Source of the DNA: Myxococcota bacterium
GTDB lineage: Bacteria > Myxococcota > JACRCW01
Reading direction: 5' to 3'
DNA: 39,186 nt
NCBI GenBank assembly: GCA_040752415.1
Contig: JBFMGU010000083.1
Coordinates: forward strand, 1-39,186
The notes under the pieces were generated by a model. The model did not search any database. It saw only the letters and a program-made list of their open reading frames with translations, and had not been told where the DNA came from. Of the stretch, positions 29,276-38,213 are shown piece after piece; within the stretch, counting starts at the first letter, position 1, and every line of letters begins with the position of its first letter. The position numbers and the translations under genes are program-made.

Positions 29276-30599
29276 CGAGCCCACGCTGCCGCCCGACGAC
29301 GATCTCGCGGACGCCCCGGAGCTGCGCGCCGCGCTGGATGCGTGGGAGACACCGGCCCCGCCCGTCGGCTTCGTCGACCGTGTCATGAGCGCGCACACGG
29401 GTATCCCGCAGGCTCAGTCGGTGACGTCGTCACGCCGCCCGTGGCGGGTGGTGGCGCCCGTGGCATTGGCGGCGGCGGCCCTGCTGGTGGCGCTCCCGCG
29501 CACGTGGTTGCCTTCACGCGGTGACTGGCGTGTCGACGTGGCGCGGGAGCTCAAGCTGGGTGGGCGCGCGGTGGCCGCGGCAAGCGCGGGTGCGCAGTTG
29601 CGCTGGGACGTGCGGCTGGGCGGCGCCACCCACGTCACGCAGGACAGTGGAACCATCTTCTACCGGGTGGAGCCCGGTTCAACCTTCGTCGTCGAGACAC
29701 CGGCGGGCACGGTGACCGTGCAGGGCACGTGCTTCCAGGTCGACGTCGACACTTCTGGGAGACAGGTCATGGGCATGCAGAACGGCAAGCAGGTGGCCAT
29801 GGGGGCCTTGGTGGGTGCCACGTTGAGCACCGCGGTGCTGGTCACCGTCTATGAAGGCAAGGTGGCATTCGCCAACACCGGCGGGCAGCAGGTGCTCACG
29901 GCGGGGCAGTCCGCGGTGGCCACGTCAACGCAGGCGCCGCAGCGCGTGGACGCGCGGTCGCAGGCGCTGGAGCAGGACAATCGCAACCTGCGGGCGCAGC
30001 GACGGGACCTGCAGGAACAACTGGACGCGCTGGAGCAGCAGCTCAAGAGCATGATGATGGCGCAGGCCAACGGCCAGGACCCGCTGGTGGCGGAGAACCG
30101 CGCGCTTCGGGATCAGCTTGCCTCGGTCCGACGTCAACTCGAGGCGGAGCGGGCGGAACAGCAGCAGCGCGCCGGTGAGACGGTGCCTTGGCCTGCCAAC
30201 CTGGGACCGCAGTACCAGGAGGAGGGACTGAAGAAGTCGTTCCTGGAGGCCATCTCCGCCGCGGGGATGCAAGGGGACGTCAAGAGCATTGACTGCACGG
30301 AGTTCCCCTGCGTGGTCTACGGCGAGGCCCGGCTGGAAGGCGACAAGAAGGTCGCGGAGAAGCGCCTCGAAGCATTTGAGCAGCAGTTCTACAAGGCGTA
30401 CCCGGAGAACGAGCACTCCGTGCACCAGAGCCTGTGGACCACGTCGGAGAAGGGGCCGGACGGCACACCACAGCAGCGCGCGAACTTCGCCATGAGCGTC
30501 TATCCCAAGGACACGGTGGACGAGGACACGCGCAACAAGGTCCGCAAGCGCCTACGTCACCGCAACGAGCAGTACATGCAATCCGCGCTGGACCCGTGA
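29262..30599 (+). CDS. FecR-domain anti-sigma factor with C-terminal coiled coil
   Basis: Overlaps the sigma stop; TM helix; F.VETPAG.V.VQGT.F.V and VTVYEGKV FecR motifs; Gln/Glu-rich coiled coil. Confidence 0.8.
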   Translation: MKKPDEPTLPPDDDLADAPELRAALDAWETPAPPVGFVDRVMSAHTGIPQAQSVTSSRRPWRVVAPVALAAAALLVALPRTWLPSRGDWRVDVARELKLGGRAVAAASAGAQLRWDVRLGGATHVTQDSGTIFYRVEPGSTFVVETPAGTVTVQGTCFQVDVDTSGRQVMGMQNGKQVAMGALVGATLSTAVLVTVYEGKVAFANTGGQQVLTAGQSAVATSTQAPQRVDARSQALEQDNRNLRAQRRDLQEQLDALEQQLKSMMMAQANGQDPLVAENRALRDQLASVRRQLEAERAEQQQRAGETVPWPANLGPQYQEEGLKKSFLEAISAAGMQGDVKSIDCTEFPCVVYGEARLEGDKKVAEKRLEAFEQQFYKAYPENEHSVHQSLWTTSEKGPDGTPQQRANFAMSVYPKDTVDEDTRNKVRKRLRHRNEQYMQSALDP

Positions 30600-30608
30600 T
30601 CGCGTTGC

Positions 30609-33128
30609 TTAGCCCGCCACCTTCACGGGCTTCGCATCCCAGATTCCCTCGGCGTACTCCCGGATGGCGCGGTCGGAGCTGAACTTCCCCATGCGCGCCA
30701 CGTTCAGGATGGCCATGCGGGTCCACGCCTCGGGGTCACGCCAGACCTGGTCCACGCGCTCCTGCGCCTCCAGGTACGACGCAAAGTCCGCCATGAGCAT
30801 GTACTCATCCCGTCCCATCAGGGACTCGATGAGCGGCCGGAACAGCGCGGGCTCCGTCGGGGAGAAGGCGCCGCCGGCAATGGCGTCAATCACCGCGCGC
30901 AGCCGCCAGTCGGCCTCGTAGTGCTTCCACGGCTGGTAGCCCGCGCGCTTCTGCGCCGTGACCTCCGACGCGGTGAGCCCGAACAGGAAGAAGTTCTCCG
31001 GGCCCACCTCCTCGCGAATCTCGATGTTGGCGCCGTCCAGCGTGCCAATGGTGAGCGCGCCGTTGAGCGCGAACTTCATGTTGCCGGTGCCGGACGCCTC
31101 CTTGCCAGCGGTGGAGATCTGCTCGGAGAGGTCGGAGCCGGGGAAGATGCGCTCTGCCAGGGAGACCCGGTAGTTCGGGACAAAGACCACCTTGAGCCGG
31201 TCACGCGTCTCGGGGTCCCCATTCACCACGGAGGCCACGGTATTCGCCAGCTTGATGATCAACTTCGCCATCCGGTAGCCCGGCGCCGCCTTGCCGCCGA
31301 TGATGACGCTGCGCGGCGCGCGATGTTGGGCCTTTCCGGACTTGATGGCCTGGTACAGTGAGACGGCGTGCATGATGTTGAGCAGCTGCCGCTTGTACTC
31401 GTGGATGCGCTTCACCTGGACGTCGAACATCGTCGCGGGGTCCAGCAGCACGCCGGTCTCCCGCTGGATGCGGGTGGCCAGCTCGCGCTTGCGCCCCAAC
31501 TTGACCTCGCGGAAGCGCGCGCGGAACTGCGGGTCATCTGCCACGCGCTCCAGCCCGCGCAACCGGGTGAGGTCCAGCGCCCAGCCGTCACCCACCACCT
31601 CGTTGATCAGCGCGGAGAGCTCCGGGTTGGCCATCAGCAGCCAGCGACGCGGCGTCACGCCATTGGTCCGGTTGACGATCTTGTCGGGCCACAGCGCGTT
31701 GAAGTCAGGGAAGAGGTCCTTCTTGATGAGCTCGGTGTGCAGCTCCGCCACGCCGTTGACCTTGTGGGCGCCCACCGTGGCCAGGTGCGCCATCCGCACG
31801 CGCGGCTCACCGCCGTTGGAGATGATGGACATCCGGCGACGATGGTCGGGCGTGTCGAACTTCGTTCCATCCAGCAGGCGCATGAAGCGCCGGTCAATCT
31901 CCCGGATGATCTGCATGTGACGCGGCAGCAGGCGCTCCACCAGCTCCACCGTCCACGTCTCCAACGCCTCGGAGAGCAGGGTGTGGTTGGTATACGCAAA
32001 GGTCCGGTACGTGATGTCCCACGCCTCATCCCACTCCATGTCATGACGGTCCACGAGGAGCCGCATCAGCTCGGGGATGGCAATGGCGGGATGCGTGTCA
32101 TTGAGCTGCACCGCCACCTTCTCGGGGAACTGTGCAAAACCCTGGTGGTTGCGCAGGTACCGTCGGACAATGTCGTGGAGTGAGCAGGCCACGAAGAAGT
32201 ACTGCTGCTTGAGGCGGAGCTCACGTCCTTCGGGTGAAGCGTCGTTCGGATAGAGAACTTTAGAGATGGTCTCGGAGACCGCCTTCTCCTGGACGGCGCG
32301 GACGTAGTCGCCCTCATTGAAGACGGCCAGGTCAAACTCGTGCGTGGCGCGGGCCTGCCAGAGGCGCAGCGTGTTCACCGTGCCGTTGCGGAAGCCCACG
32401 ATCGGCGTGTCATACGGCGTGCCCACCACGTTCTGTGTGTCCACCCATTCCACGTGATACCGGCCGCGCTCGTCGACACGGTCCACGCACCTCCCGTAGA
32501 ACCGCACGCGCACGCGGTACTCCGGGTGGGCCAGCTCCCACGGGTAGCCAAGGGACAGCCACTGCTCGGGGCGTTCCACCTGCCACCCGTCACGGATGAG
32601 CTGGTCAAAGATTCCGAACTCGTAGCGGATGCCGTAGCCCATTCCGGCAAGTCCCAGCGTGGCCATGGAATCCAGGTAGCAGGCGGCCAGTCGCCCCAGG
32701 CCACCGTTTCCCAGCCCCGCGTCGGGCTCCTGCTCCAGGATGTCGGACAGGTCCAGGCCCACCTCGGCGAGCGTCCGCTGGACGCTGTCGTGGATGCCCA
32801 GCGCCAGGAGGTTGTTTCCCAGCGCGCGGCCCATGAGGAACTCCAGCGAGAGGTAGTAGACGCGCTTGGGATCCTCCTGGAACCAGGCCTGGCGCGTGTT
32901 CATCCAGCCTCGGACCAGGCGGTCCCGCACCGTGGCGGCGGCGGCCATGTACAGGTCGCGCGGGTGGGCCGTCTCCGGCAGCTTGCCCTGCGAGTAGAGC
33001 AGGTGGTCCAGGAAGGAGCGTTGCAACGCGTCGTCACGCAGCTCCGTGCGGTCCGTGCCGCGCTGGATGTGCTCAGCCACCACCCGGCGCCGCTTGCTCT
33101 CCACCTGCCGACTCTTCTGGCTTGTCAT
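30609..33128 (-). CDS. glgP: glycogen/starch/alpha-glucan phosphorylase
   Basis: LGNGGLGRLAAC, LRLKQQYFF, QLNDTHP, YTNHT, TNGVTPRRW, KRIHEYKRQ and the PLP-lysine motif EASGTGNMK; GAGG RBS before ATG 33128. Confidence 0.97.
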   Translation of the reverse strand: MTSQKSRQVESKRRRVVAEHIQRGTDRTELRDDALQRSFLDHLLYSQGKLPETAHPRDLYMAAAATVRDRLVRGWMNTRQAWFQEDPKRVYYLSLEFLMGRALGNNLLALGIHDSVQRTLAEVGLDLSDILEQEPDAGLGNGGLGRLAACYLDSMATLGLAGMGYGIRYEFGIFDQLIRDGWQVERPEQWLSLGYPWELAHPEYRVRVRFYGRCVDRVDERGRYHVEWVDTQNVVGTPYDTPIVGFRNGTVNTLRLWQARATHEFDLAVFNEGDYVRAVQEKAVSETISKVLYPNDASPEGRELRLKQQYFFVACSLHDIVRRYLRNHQGFAQFPEKVAVQLNDTHPAIAIPELMRLLVDRHDMEWDEAWDITYRTFAYTNHTLLSEALETWTVELVERLLPRHMQIIREIDRRFMRLLDGTKFDTPDHRRRMSIISNGGEPRVRMAHLATVGAHKVNGVAELHTELIKKDLFPDFNALWPDKIVNRTNGVTPRRWLLMANPELSALINEVVGDGWALDLTRLRGLERVADDPQFRARFREVKLGRKRELATRIQRETGVLLDPATMFDVQVKRIHEYKRQLLNIMHAVSLYQAIKSGKAQHRAPRSVIIGGKAAPGYRMAKLIIKLANTVASVVNGDPETRDRLKVVFVPNYRVSLAERIFPGSDLSEQISTAGKEASGTGNMKFALNGALTIGTLDGANIEIREEVGPENFFLFGLTASEVTAQKRAGYQPWKHYEADWRLRAVIDAIAGGAFSPTEPALFRPLIESLMGRDEYMLMADFASYLEAQERVDQVWRDPEAWTRMAILNVARMGKFSSDRAIREYAEGIWDAKPVKVAG

Positions 33129-33319
33129 GGCCACGTCCTCGTTGACGGTGAGGCCGGCAGCATTCCACCCAGCGGCCCGTCCGTCCACGTTTCCTTCTTC
33201 ACAGCTGGGCGCCACCGGACCCGGCCCGCCTGTCGTGGACAGACGTGGACGCGGCCGCGGGCAGACCCGTTGTCGTGGACGTGGAACGTCGTCGCGGGCG
33301 TGGGCGTGGGTGGCCCATG

Positions 33320-33337
33320 GACTTAGCGTGACTTAGC
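33320..33337. promoter_or_regulatory. tandem GACTTAGC direct repeat with 10-bp period, possible regulator site upstream of glgP
   Basis: GACTTAGC-GT-GACTTAGC in a relatively AT-rich patch about 190 nt upstream of glgP. Confidence 0.4.
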
Positions 33338-33477
33338 ACTTGTCTACGCAACCAGGAAAGGGAACGCCCGCCCACCGTCAGCACGGTGAGCGGGCGTGAG
33401 TGCGGGTCTTCACACGGCGCGGCGCGCGTCGGAACCGCGACACCGCCCTGAATCCGGCGTCCTCTCTGGGGCAATGC

Positions 33478-34734
33478 TCACTTGTCGTTGGAGAGGATCC
33501 CGGTGATGTCGATGACCGGCTGCTTGAACTTGATGGAGCGGTAGCAATCGTGGGGCGTGCCCACGAAGATGATGTCCGACTGTTCCAACACTTCATCCAG
33601 CGGGCGCAGGTTGGGGTCCGGCACCCACGGGTCGGTGCAGATGACCTTCTTGGCTTCCAGCTGCAGCACCTTCTTCAGCTTGTAGGAAAGGGAGTCACGC
33701 GGGTCGTCATTGTTGATCTTGAAGCCCATGCCCAGCACGCCCACGGTCATCTCCGTGAGCTTGTAGCCACGGCGCTTGGCCATCTCCACCATTTCCGCGG
33801 GCATGCCTTCATTCACCATCATGGCCGCATTGCCGAGGATGTAATTGACCTTGTTGAACCCACCGAGCTGCGCGGTGTCCTTCACCAGGCACGGCCCCGC
33901 CGCCAGACCCGGGCGGGCAAACGCGGCCATGCGCGGATAGTCCTCACGCACGGCGTGGTAGATGCGGTGGAAGTCCGCGCCGTAGTGCTGGCTGATGAGC
34001 AGGAACTGGTTGCTGGCGGCGAACTGGATGTAGCGGAAGCAGTTGCAGAACAGCTTGGCCAGCTCCGCTTCCACGGGCTTGAGGAAGATGATCTTCGGTC
34101 CCAGCGCGCGGAACAGCTCGGCAGCGCGTTCCGCGGCCCGGGGATTGGTGGCACTGATGATCTGCGGCAGCTTCTCCAGCTCTTCCAGGGAGTACTCCTG
34201 GACAATGCGCTCCGGGCAGAAGCTCAGGTCCACGTCGCCACGACCCATCTCCTCCAGCGTGCGCTGGGTCATGGCGGTGACACCGGGCACCACGGTGCTG
34301 CGCAGGATGAGCAGTGCATTGGGGGCCAGCTGAGGGATGAGCTGGCGCATGGCCCGGTTGAAGGGATTGACCTGCGGATCGAGGAAGTCGCCCACCGGCG
34401 TACCAATGGTGACGATGACCACGCCGGCACGCTTCAACACGCCAGCGTCGGTGGTGGCCTTCAGCTTGCTGGCCCTGAGGAGCTGGGGCAGCAGCTCGTC
34501 GGCGCCGCGCTCCTTGAAGGGCATCCTGCCCTCGTTGACGCTGTTGACGCGCTCCACGCTGAGGTCCAGGAGGTCCACCTGGAAGCCCTTGTTGGCGAAC
34601 GCCATCCCAAGAGGCAGGCCCACGTGGCCGCAACCGCCCACGATGGCGACGTTGCCAACATCCCGGGGATCGCCTGACACAGTGCTGGACGCGCTTGCGG
34701 TCTTCGCAAGCCAAGAATCGTTGGATGGGGTCAT
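33478..34734 (-). CDS. nucleotide-sugar 6-dehydrogenase (UDP-glucose/GDP-mannose dehydrogenase family, WecC-like subtype)
   Basis: IVGGCGHVGLP, RSTVVPG, FCPERI, AELAKL..N.FRY, catalytic GPCLVKD, G.GFK...DD.RDS and DP.V. Confidence 0.9.
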   Translation of the reverse strand: MTPSNDSWLAKTASASSTVSGDPRDVGNVAIVGGCGHVGLPLGMAFANKGFQVDLLDLSVERVNSVNEGRMPFKERGADELLPQLLRASKLKATTDAGVLKRAGVVIVTIGTPVGDFLDPQVNPFNRAMRQLIPQLAPNALLILRSTVVPGVTAMTQRTLEEMGRGDVDLSFCPERIVQEYSLEELEKLPQIISATNPRAAERAAELFRALGPKIIFLKPVEAELAKLFCNCFRYIQFAASNQFLLISQHYGADFHRIYHAVREDYPRMAAFARPGLAAGPCLVKDTAQLGGFNKVNYILGNAAMMVNEGMPAEMVEMAKRRGYKLTEMTVGVLGMGFKINNDDPRDSLSYKLKKVLQLEAKKVICTDPWVPDPNLRPLDEVLEQSDIIFVGTPHDCYRSIKFKQPVIDITGILSNDK

Positions 34735-35125
34735 TGCGGTTCCGTCCCAGAGAGGAAATGGGGAGGTGGAAACCAGATTGCCGGATCGAATCGGTCTCAC
34801 TGCCCCCGCTTGAGTGGAGAATAACGACGTCGGTGGGCCTATGCCGGTGATGATCACGCCCCCACGCACGATCCCGCACATCTCTCACAGCGCTGTTTCT
34901 CCGACGTCACCACATGCTCCGCGCTGCGCCCCAACAGCGCTGCCCGGCTTCCGGGTACAACAGGCGCAGCGGGTTTCTCGTCGGGTAGCGCGCGGGAGAG
35001 TCCGGCACCCCGACCTGCTCGCTCGGGAAGCGTGTGGAGCGTCATTCACACCGGTTCCCGGATGAGCCGCTGCGCTGAAGCCCGGCCGTCGGCTGCGTGA
35101 CCGCACGCGTTTCCCGACGAGAGAG

Positions 35126-36685
35126 TCAGCCCATCCCCAGCATCCGCAGCATCACGCGCGGGTCCGGGAGCACCAGCAGGCGGAAGTACGCGCCCACCGC
35201 GAGCACGAAGAGTCCCAGGTAGAACGCCGTCATGTAGTTGGCCATGAGGCTCTGCCAGGTGGCCAGCCAGCCGCTGCTGCCCTCGGACTTCTGATCACCG
35301 CGGTTGCGCCAACGCTGACGGGAGAGGCGGAAGATGATGTAGACCTTCACGCCCGCATTCAGGATCTGGTTGAAGTAGAGCAGCACCGGGTACCAGATGT
35401 TGATGCGGCCGTTGTAGATGAAAAGCACCAAAGAGAGCACGAGTCTCGTCGAGAGAATCCACAGCACCGTGGCCACCAGCACCCACGGACCATCCAGGAT
35501 GGCCAGGGTGATGGACGCAAACGGCCCCGCCAACGTGGTCCACATGGCAATCTGCTGGTCCATGAAGCACCACCAGATGAACAGACCAATGTGATGCGGT
35601 CCCAGCGCAATGCAGCGGCGACCGTTGCGCAGCAGGTTCCCGGACCAGCGCAGAAGGTTCTGCTTGGTCCGCTCCAGGCCGCCGCCTTCCACGTGCTCAA
35701 TGGTGCAGCACACCGCGTCGGGGACGTAGAGCATCATGGCGCTGCCCGGCTTGCTTAGGAGCGCATAGACCGTGCTCTTGTCGTCGCCGGAGAGGAAGCG
35801 GTAGCGGCCCCAGAGCCAGTGGTCCAGGTAGTCCGACTCCACCATGCGGATGAAGCGCTCACTGAGGACGTTGTGCGCGCGGAACACGGACAGGCGCCCC
35901 GTCAGCGTCAGCACCTTCCTGGACAGCGCCTGGGACTGCATGGCCAGGTGGCGCTGCGCAAAGCGCATGTTCGTCCAGTCCAGCATCCACCGCGGCCCCA
36001 CCAGCTCCGCGCGCTCGTCGGTGGTGACCGCGTCCAGCTTGGGGAACAGGTGGAACAGCGGCAGGCAGCGACGCAGGATGCCCGGCTCCATGTACGTGTC
36101 ACCGTCCATGAAGAAGATGAGGTCGTCGGGGTGGATGTTGTAGCGGCACATGGCGCGCAGGGTCAGGCCGATGGCCACGCGCTTGCCGGGCAGGTTCTGC
36201 CGGATGAAGACCAGCTTCACGTCAATGTTGCGAGCAGCGTGCTGCAGGAAATCCTCGACGATCACCTCGTCGCTGCGGTCGGACGTGCCAAAGAAGATCC
36301 ACGTGGGAATCCCGGAGGTGCGCGCCTCCTCCACAATGCTGCCCAGCACCTTCTCCGTGGTCTCACGCTTCTCGCGGAACGTGGTGAGCATGTACACCAC
36401 CCGACGAGGACGCCATCCGCCCTGCCAGATGGCCTCACACTGCGAGCGGTAGCGAGGAAAGACGAAGCGGGCGTAGAGCTGCGCGCGGACCAGGTGGACC
36501 AGCCACCAGCAGTAGCGCCAGACCCCCAGCATGGTGAGCGTGGCGATGATCCGGCTGTTGGCCACGTCGTAGATGGCATTGGGCAGGTGCGTGAGTCCCA
36601 GGAACAGCAGGCCCACGAACATGAAGAGGCGGTAGAGGTCACCGGGCTCGGTGCGGAAACGCCTCTGGACATCCACGGGGGTCAT
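35126..36685 (-). CDS. alg8: Alg8-like processive GT2 polymerase (mannuronan synthase-like)
   Basis: LGVWRY.WW.VH.VRA, TTFRE, GKR.A, FMDGDT, TTDE, RFAQRHLAM.S.ALS.KVLTLTGR.SVFRA, WGRYRFLSGDDKS, YVPD, LLRWSGN.LRN and DQ.I.MWT.L.GP match the Alg8 motif series. Confidence 0.88.
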   Translation of the reverse strand: MTPVDVQRRFRTEPGDLYRLFMFVGLLFLGLTHLPNAIYDVANSRIIATLTMLGVWRYCWWLVHLVRAQLYARFVFPRYRSQCEAIWQGGWRPRRVVYMLTTFREKRETTEKVLGSIVEEARTSGIPTWIFFGTSDRSDEVIVEDFLQHAARNIDVKLVFIRQNLPGKRVAIGLTLRAMCRYNIHPDDLIFFMDGDTYMEPGILRRCLPLFHLFPKLDAVTTDERAELVGPRWMLDWTNMRFAQRHLAMQSQALSRKVLTLTGRLSVFRAHNVLSERFIRMVESDYLDHWLWGRYRFLSGDDKSTVYALLSKPGSAMMLYVPDAVCCTIEHVEGGGLERTKQNLLRWSGNLLRNGRRCIALGPHHIGLFIWWCFMDQQIAMWTTLAGPFASITLAILDGPWVLVATVLWILSTRLVLSLVLFIYNGRINIWYPVLLYFNQILNAGVKVYIIFRLSRQRWRNRGDQKSEGSSGWLATWQSLMANYMTAFYLGLFVLAVGAYFRLLVLPDPRVMLRMLGMG

Positions 36686-37128
36686 GCTGGGCCTTCCCTC
36701 ATCATGGGACGAAGGGAGCAGGAACGACGGGCAGCGCGCCTGTCGTTCATGACTGAAACGGTGATGGTGGGGACGGCGGGTCGTCGACGCGCCCGTCAGG
36801 CCGCGCGGTACGTCGGCATGGCGATCCGGTGGAACCGGTCCGCGAGCGTGGTGGGGCGTCTGTGATTGCCGGATTCCAGGGCAACCGCCGCTGCGGAATC
36901 CCAGTGCTGATGTAGCGTCGGCGCCGCGGCCCAGCAAAGGCCATGCTCCGTCACGACGGGAGTGCTCCGCGCGGTGATGCTGAGCTCCCGTTCCCGCTGC
37001 GGTTCCCGGTTTAGGCAGGACCAGTACGCATGCGGGAGGATGGAGCGCGCCTGGATGGGATGGCCATCAGCGGTAGCGAAGCGTCGCCTGACGACGAAGA
37101 CGACCCCCCGCGCCATCGCCCGCGCAGG

Positions 37129-37962
37129 TCACGGTGCTGGCGAACCGTCCGCGGCATCAAAACGCACCACCACGCCATTCTCCGCCTCGTCCTTCAACGC
37201 GGGGTCCGGCGGTGGCAATGGGTTGGCCGCGTCAATGCCCTTGATGACGGCGTGGTCAAAGCGCGGGTTTCCGCTGGCCTTGACCACCGTGCGCGACAAC
37301 ACCGAGCCGTTCTCGTCGAGCATGAGGCGAACGGAGCAGGCCATGTTGCGCCGTTGGTGATCGGGAATGTCCTCGGGCACGGTGAACCGCGTACGCACTG
37401 CCCGCTCCAATTGCGCCTGGTACTTCCCCAGCGGCGTGCGGGGAGCTTCGGCGCGAACCGCGGGCAGCGCGCTGGCGTACCCCGCCACAATGGATTCCGG
37501 CGTGAAACTGTCCGCGCCGTGACGACGATCCAGCAACACCCACTGCGGTTTTCCCGGACGGTGCGCGTCGGTACGCAGGAGCAGCCAGGAGCTCTCCCGA
37601 CCCAGGTCGTGGCCGCGCTCCGCCAGCAGATAATGGTCCTCGCGCGTCACCACCACCGCCGTGTTGCGCGGGCCCGGCTCCACGGAGACGATCTCGAAGC
37701 GCTTGAGTCGGGACTCCTTGGCGTGGTGCCACAGCGCCAGGTTGTGGTTGTCGCGGCCGGTCCGCTTGCGCCGCTCTTCCATGGAGCGCAGCGTGGCTGG
37801 GTGGATGCGCGCCTTGACCTGCTTCCACCGCGCGGATTGCACGTCCTTCAGGGTGGCATCGAGGAACTCGCGAGCGCCGGTGACGTCGGTAGGCTCCGAT
37901 GCGAGCGCCACCGCGGGAAGCAGGGAGATGGCAACAAGAAGGATGGGGAACGCGTGGCGCAT
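37129..37962 (-). CDS. exported protein with C-terminal TonB/TolA-C domain
   Basis: Signal peptide (MRHAFPILLVAISLLPAVALA); C-terminal V.L.LDENG.V....V.K.SGN..FD.AV..GI..A.PLP.P. Confidence 0.78.
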   Translation of the reverse strand: MRHAFPILLVAISLLPAVALASEPTDVTGAREFLDATLKDVQSARWKQVKARIHPATLRSMEERRKRTGRDNHNLALWHHAKESRLKRFEIVSVEPGPRNTAVVVTREDHYLLAERGHDLGRESSWLLLRTDAHRPGKPQWVLLDRRHGADSFTPESIVAGYASALPAVRAEAPRTPLGKYQAQLERAVRTRFTVPEDIPDHQRRNMACSVRLMLDENGSVLSRTVVKASGNPRFDHAVIKGIDAANPLPPPDPALKDEAENGVVVRFDAADGSPAP

Positions 37963-38213
37963 GGAGCGACCCGTCTCCAGGCTCGGCCCGGGTGGATGCC
38001 CGCGACGACGCGAGAACGCCCCTCACGCGCTCCGGGAGTTGGCGGAGGCGCGTCGCGTCGTCGGTTGGCTGGGGTTCGCTCCATACGTAACGAGGGCTGG
38101 GTTTGCGGGCCAAGGATCGCTGTCGCCGACAATTCACATTGTGCCGTGGCGTTGTCAGCGCGTTCCCGGAAACCGGGGAGGAACGGCGCGGCCGACGCGG
38201 TTAGCATGCACGC

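Noticed and set aside
33478..34734. Naming the dehydrogenase algD
   Set aside because: Has CPERI and GPCLVKD rather than the NPEF and GGSC signatures of AlgD.
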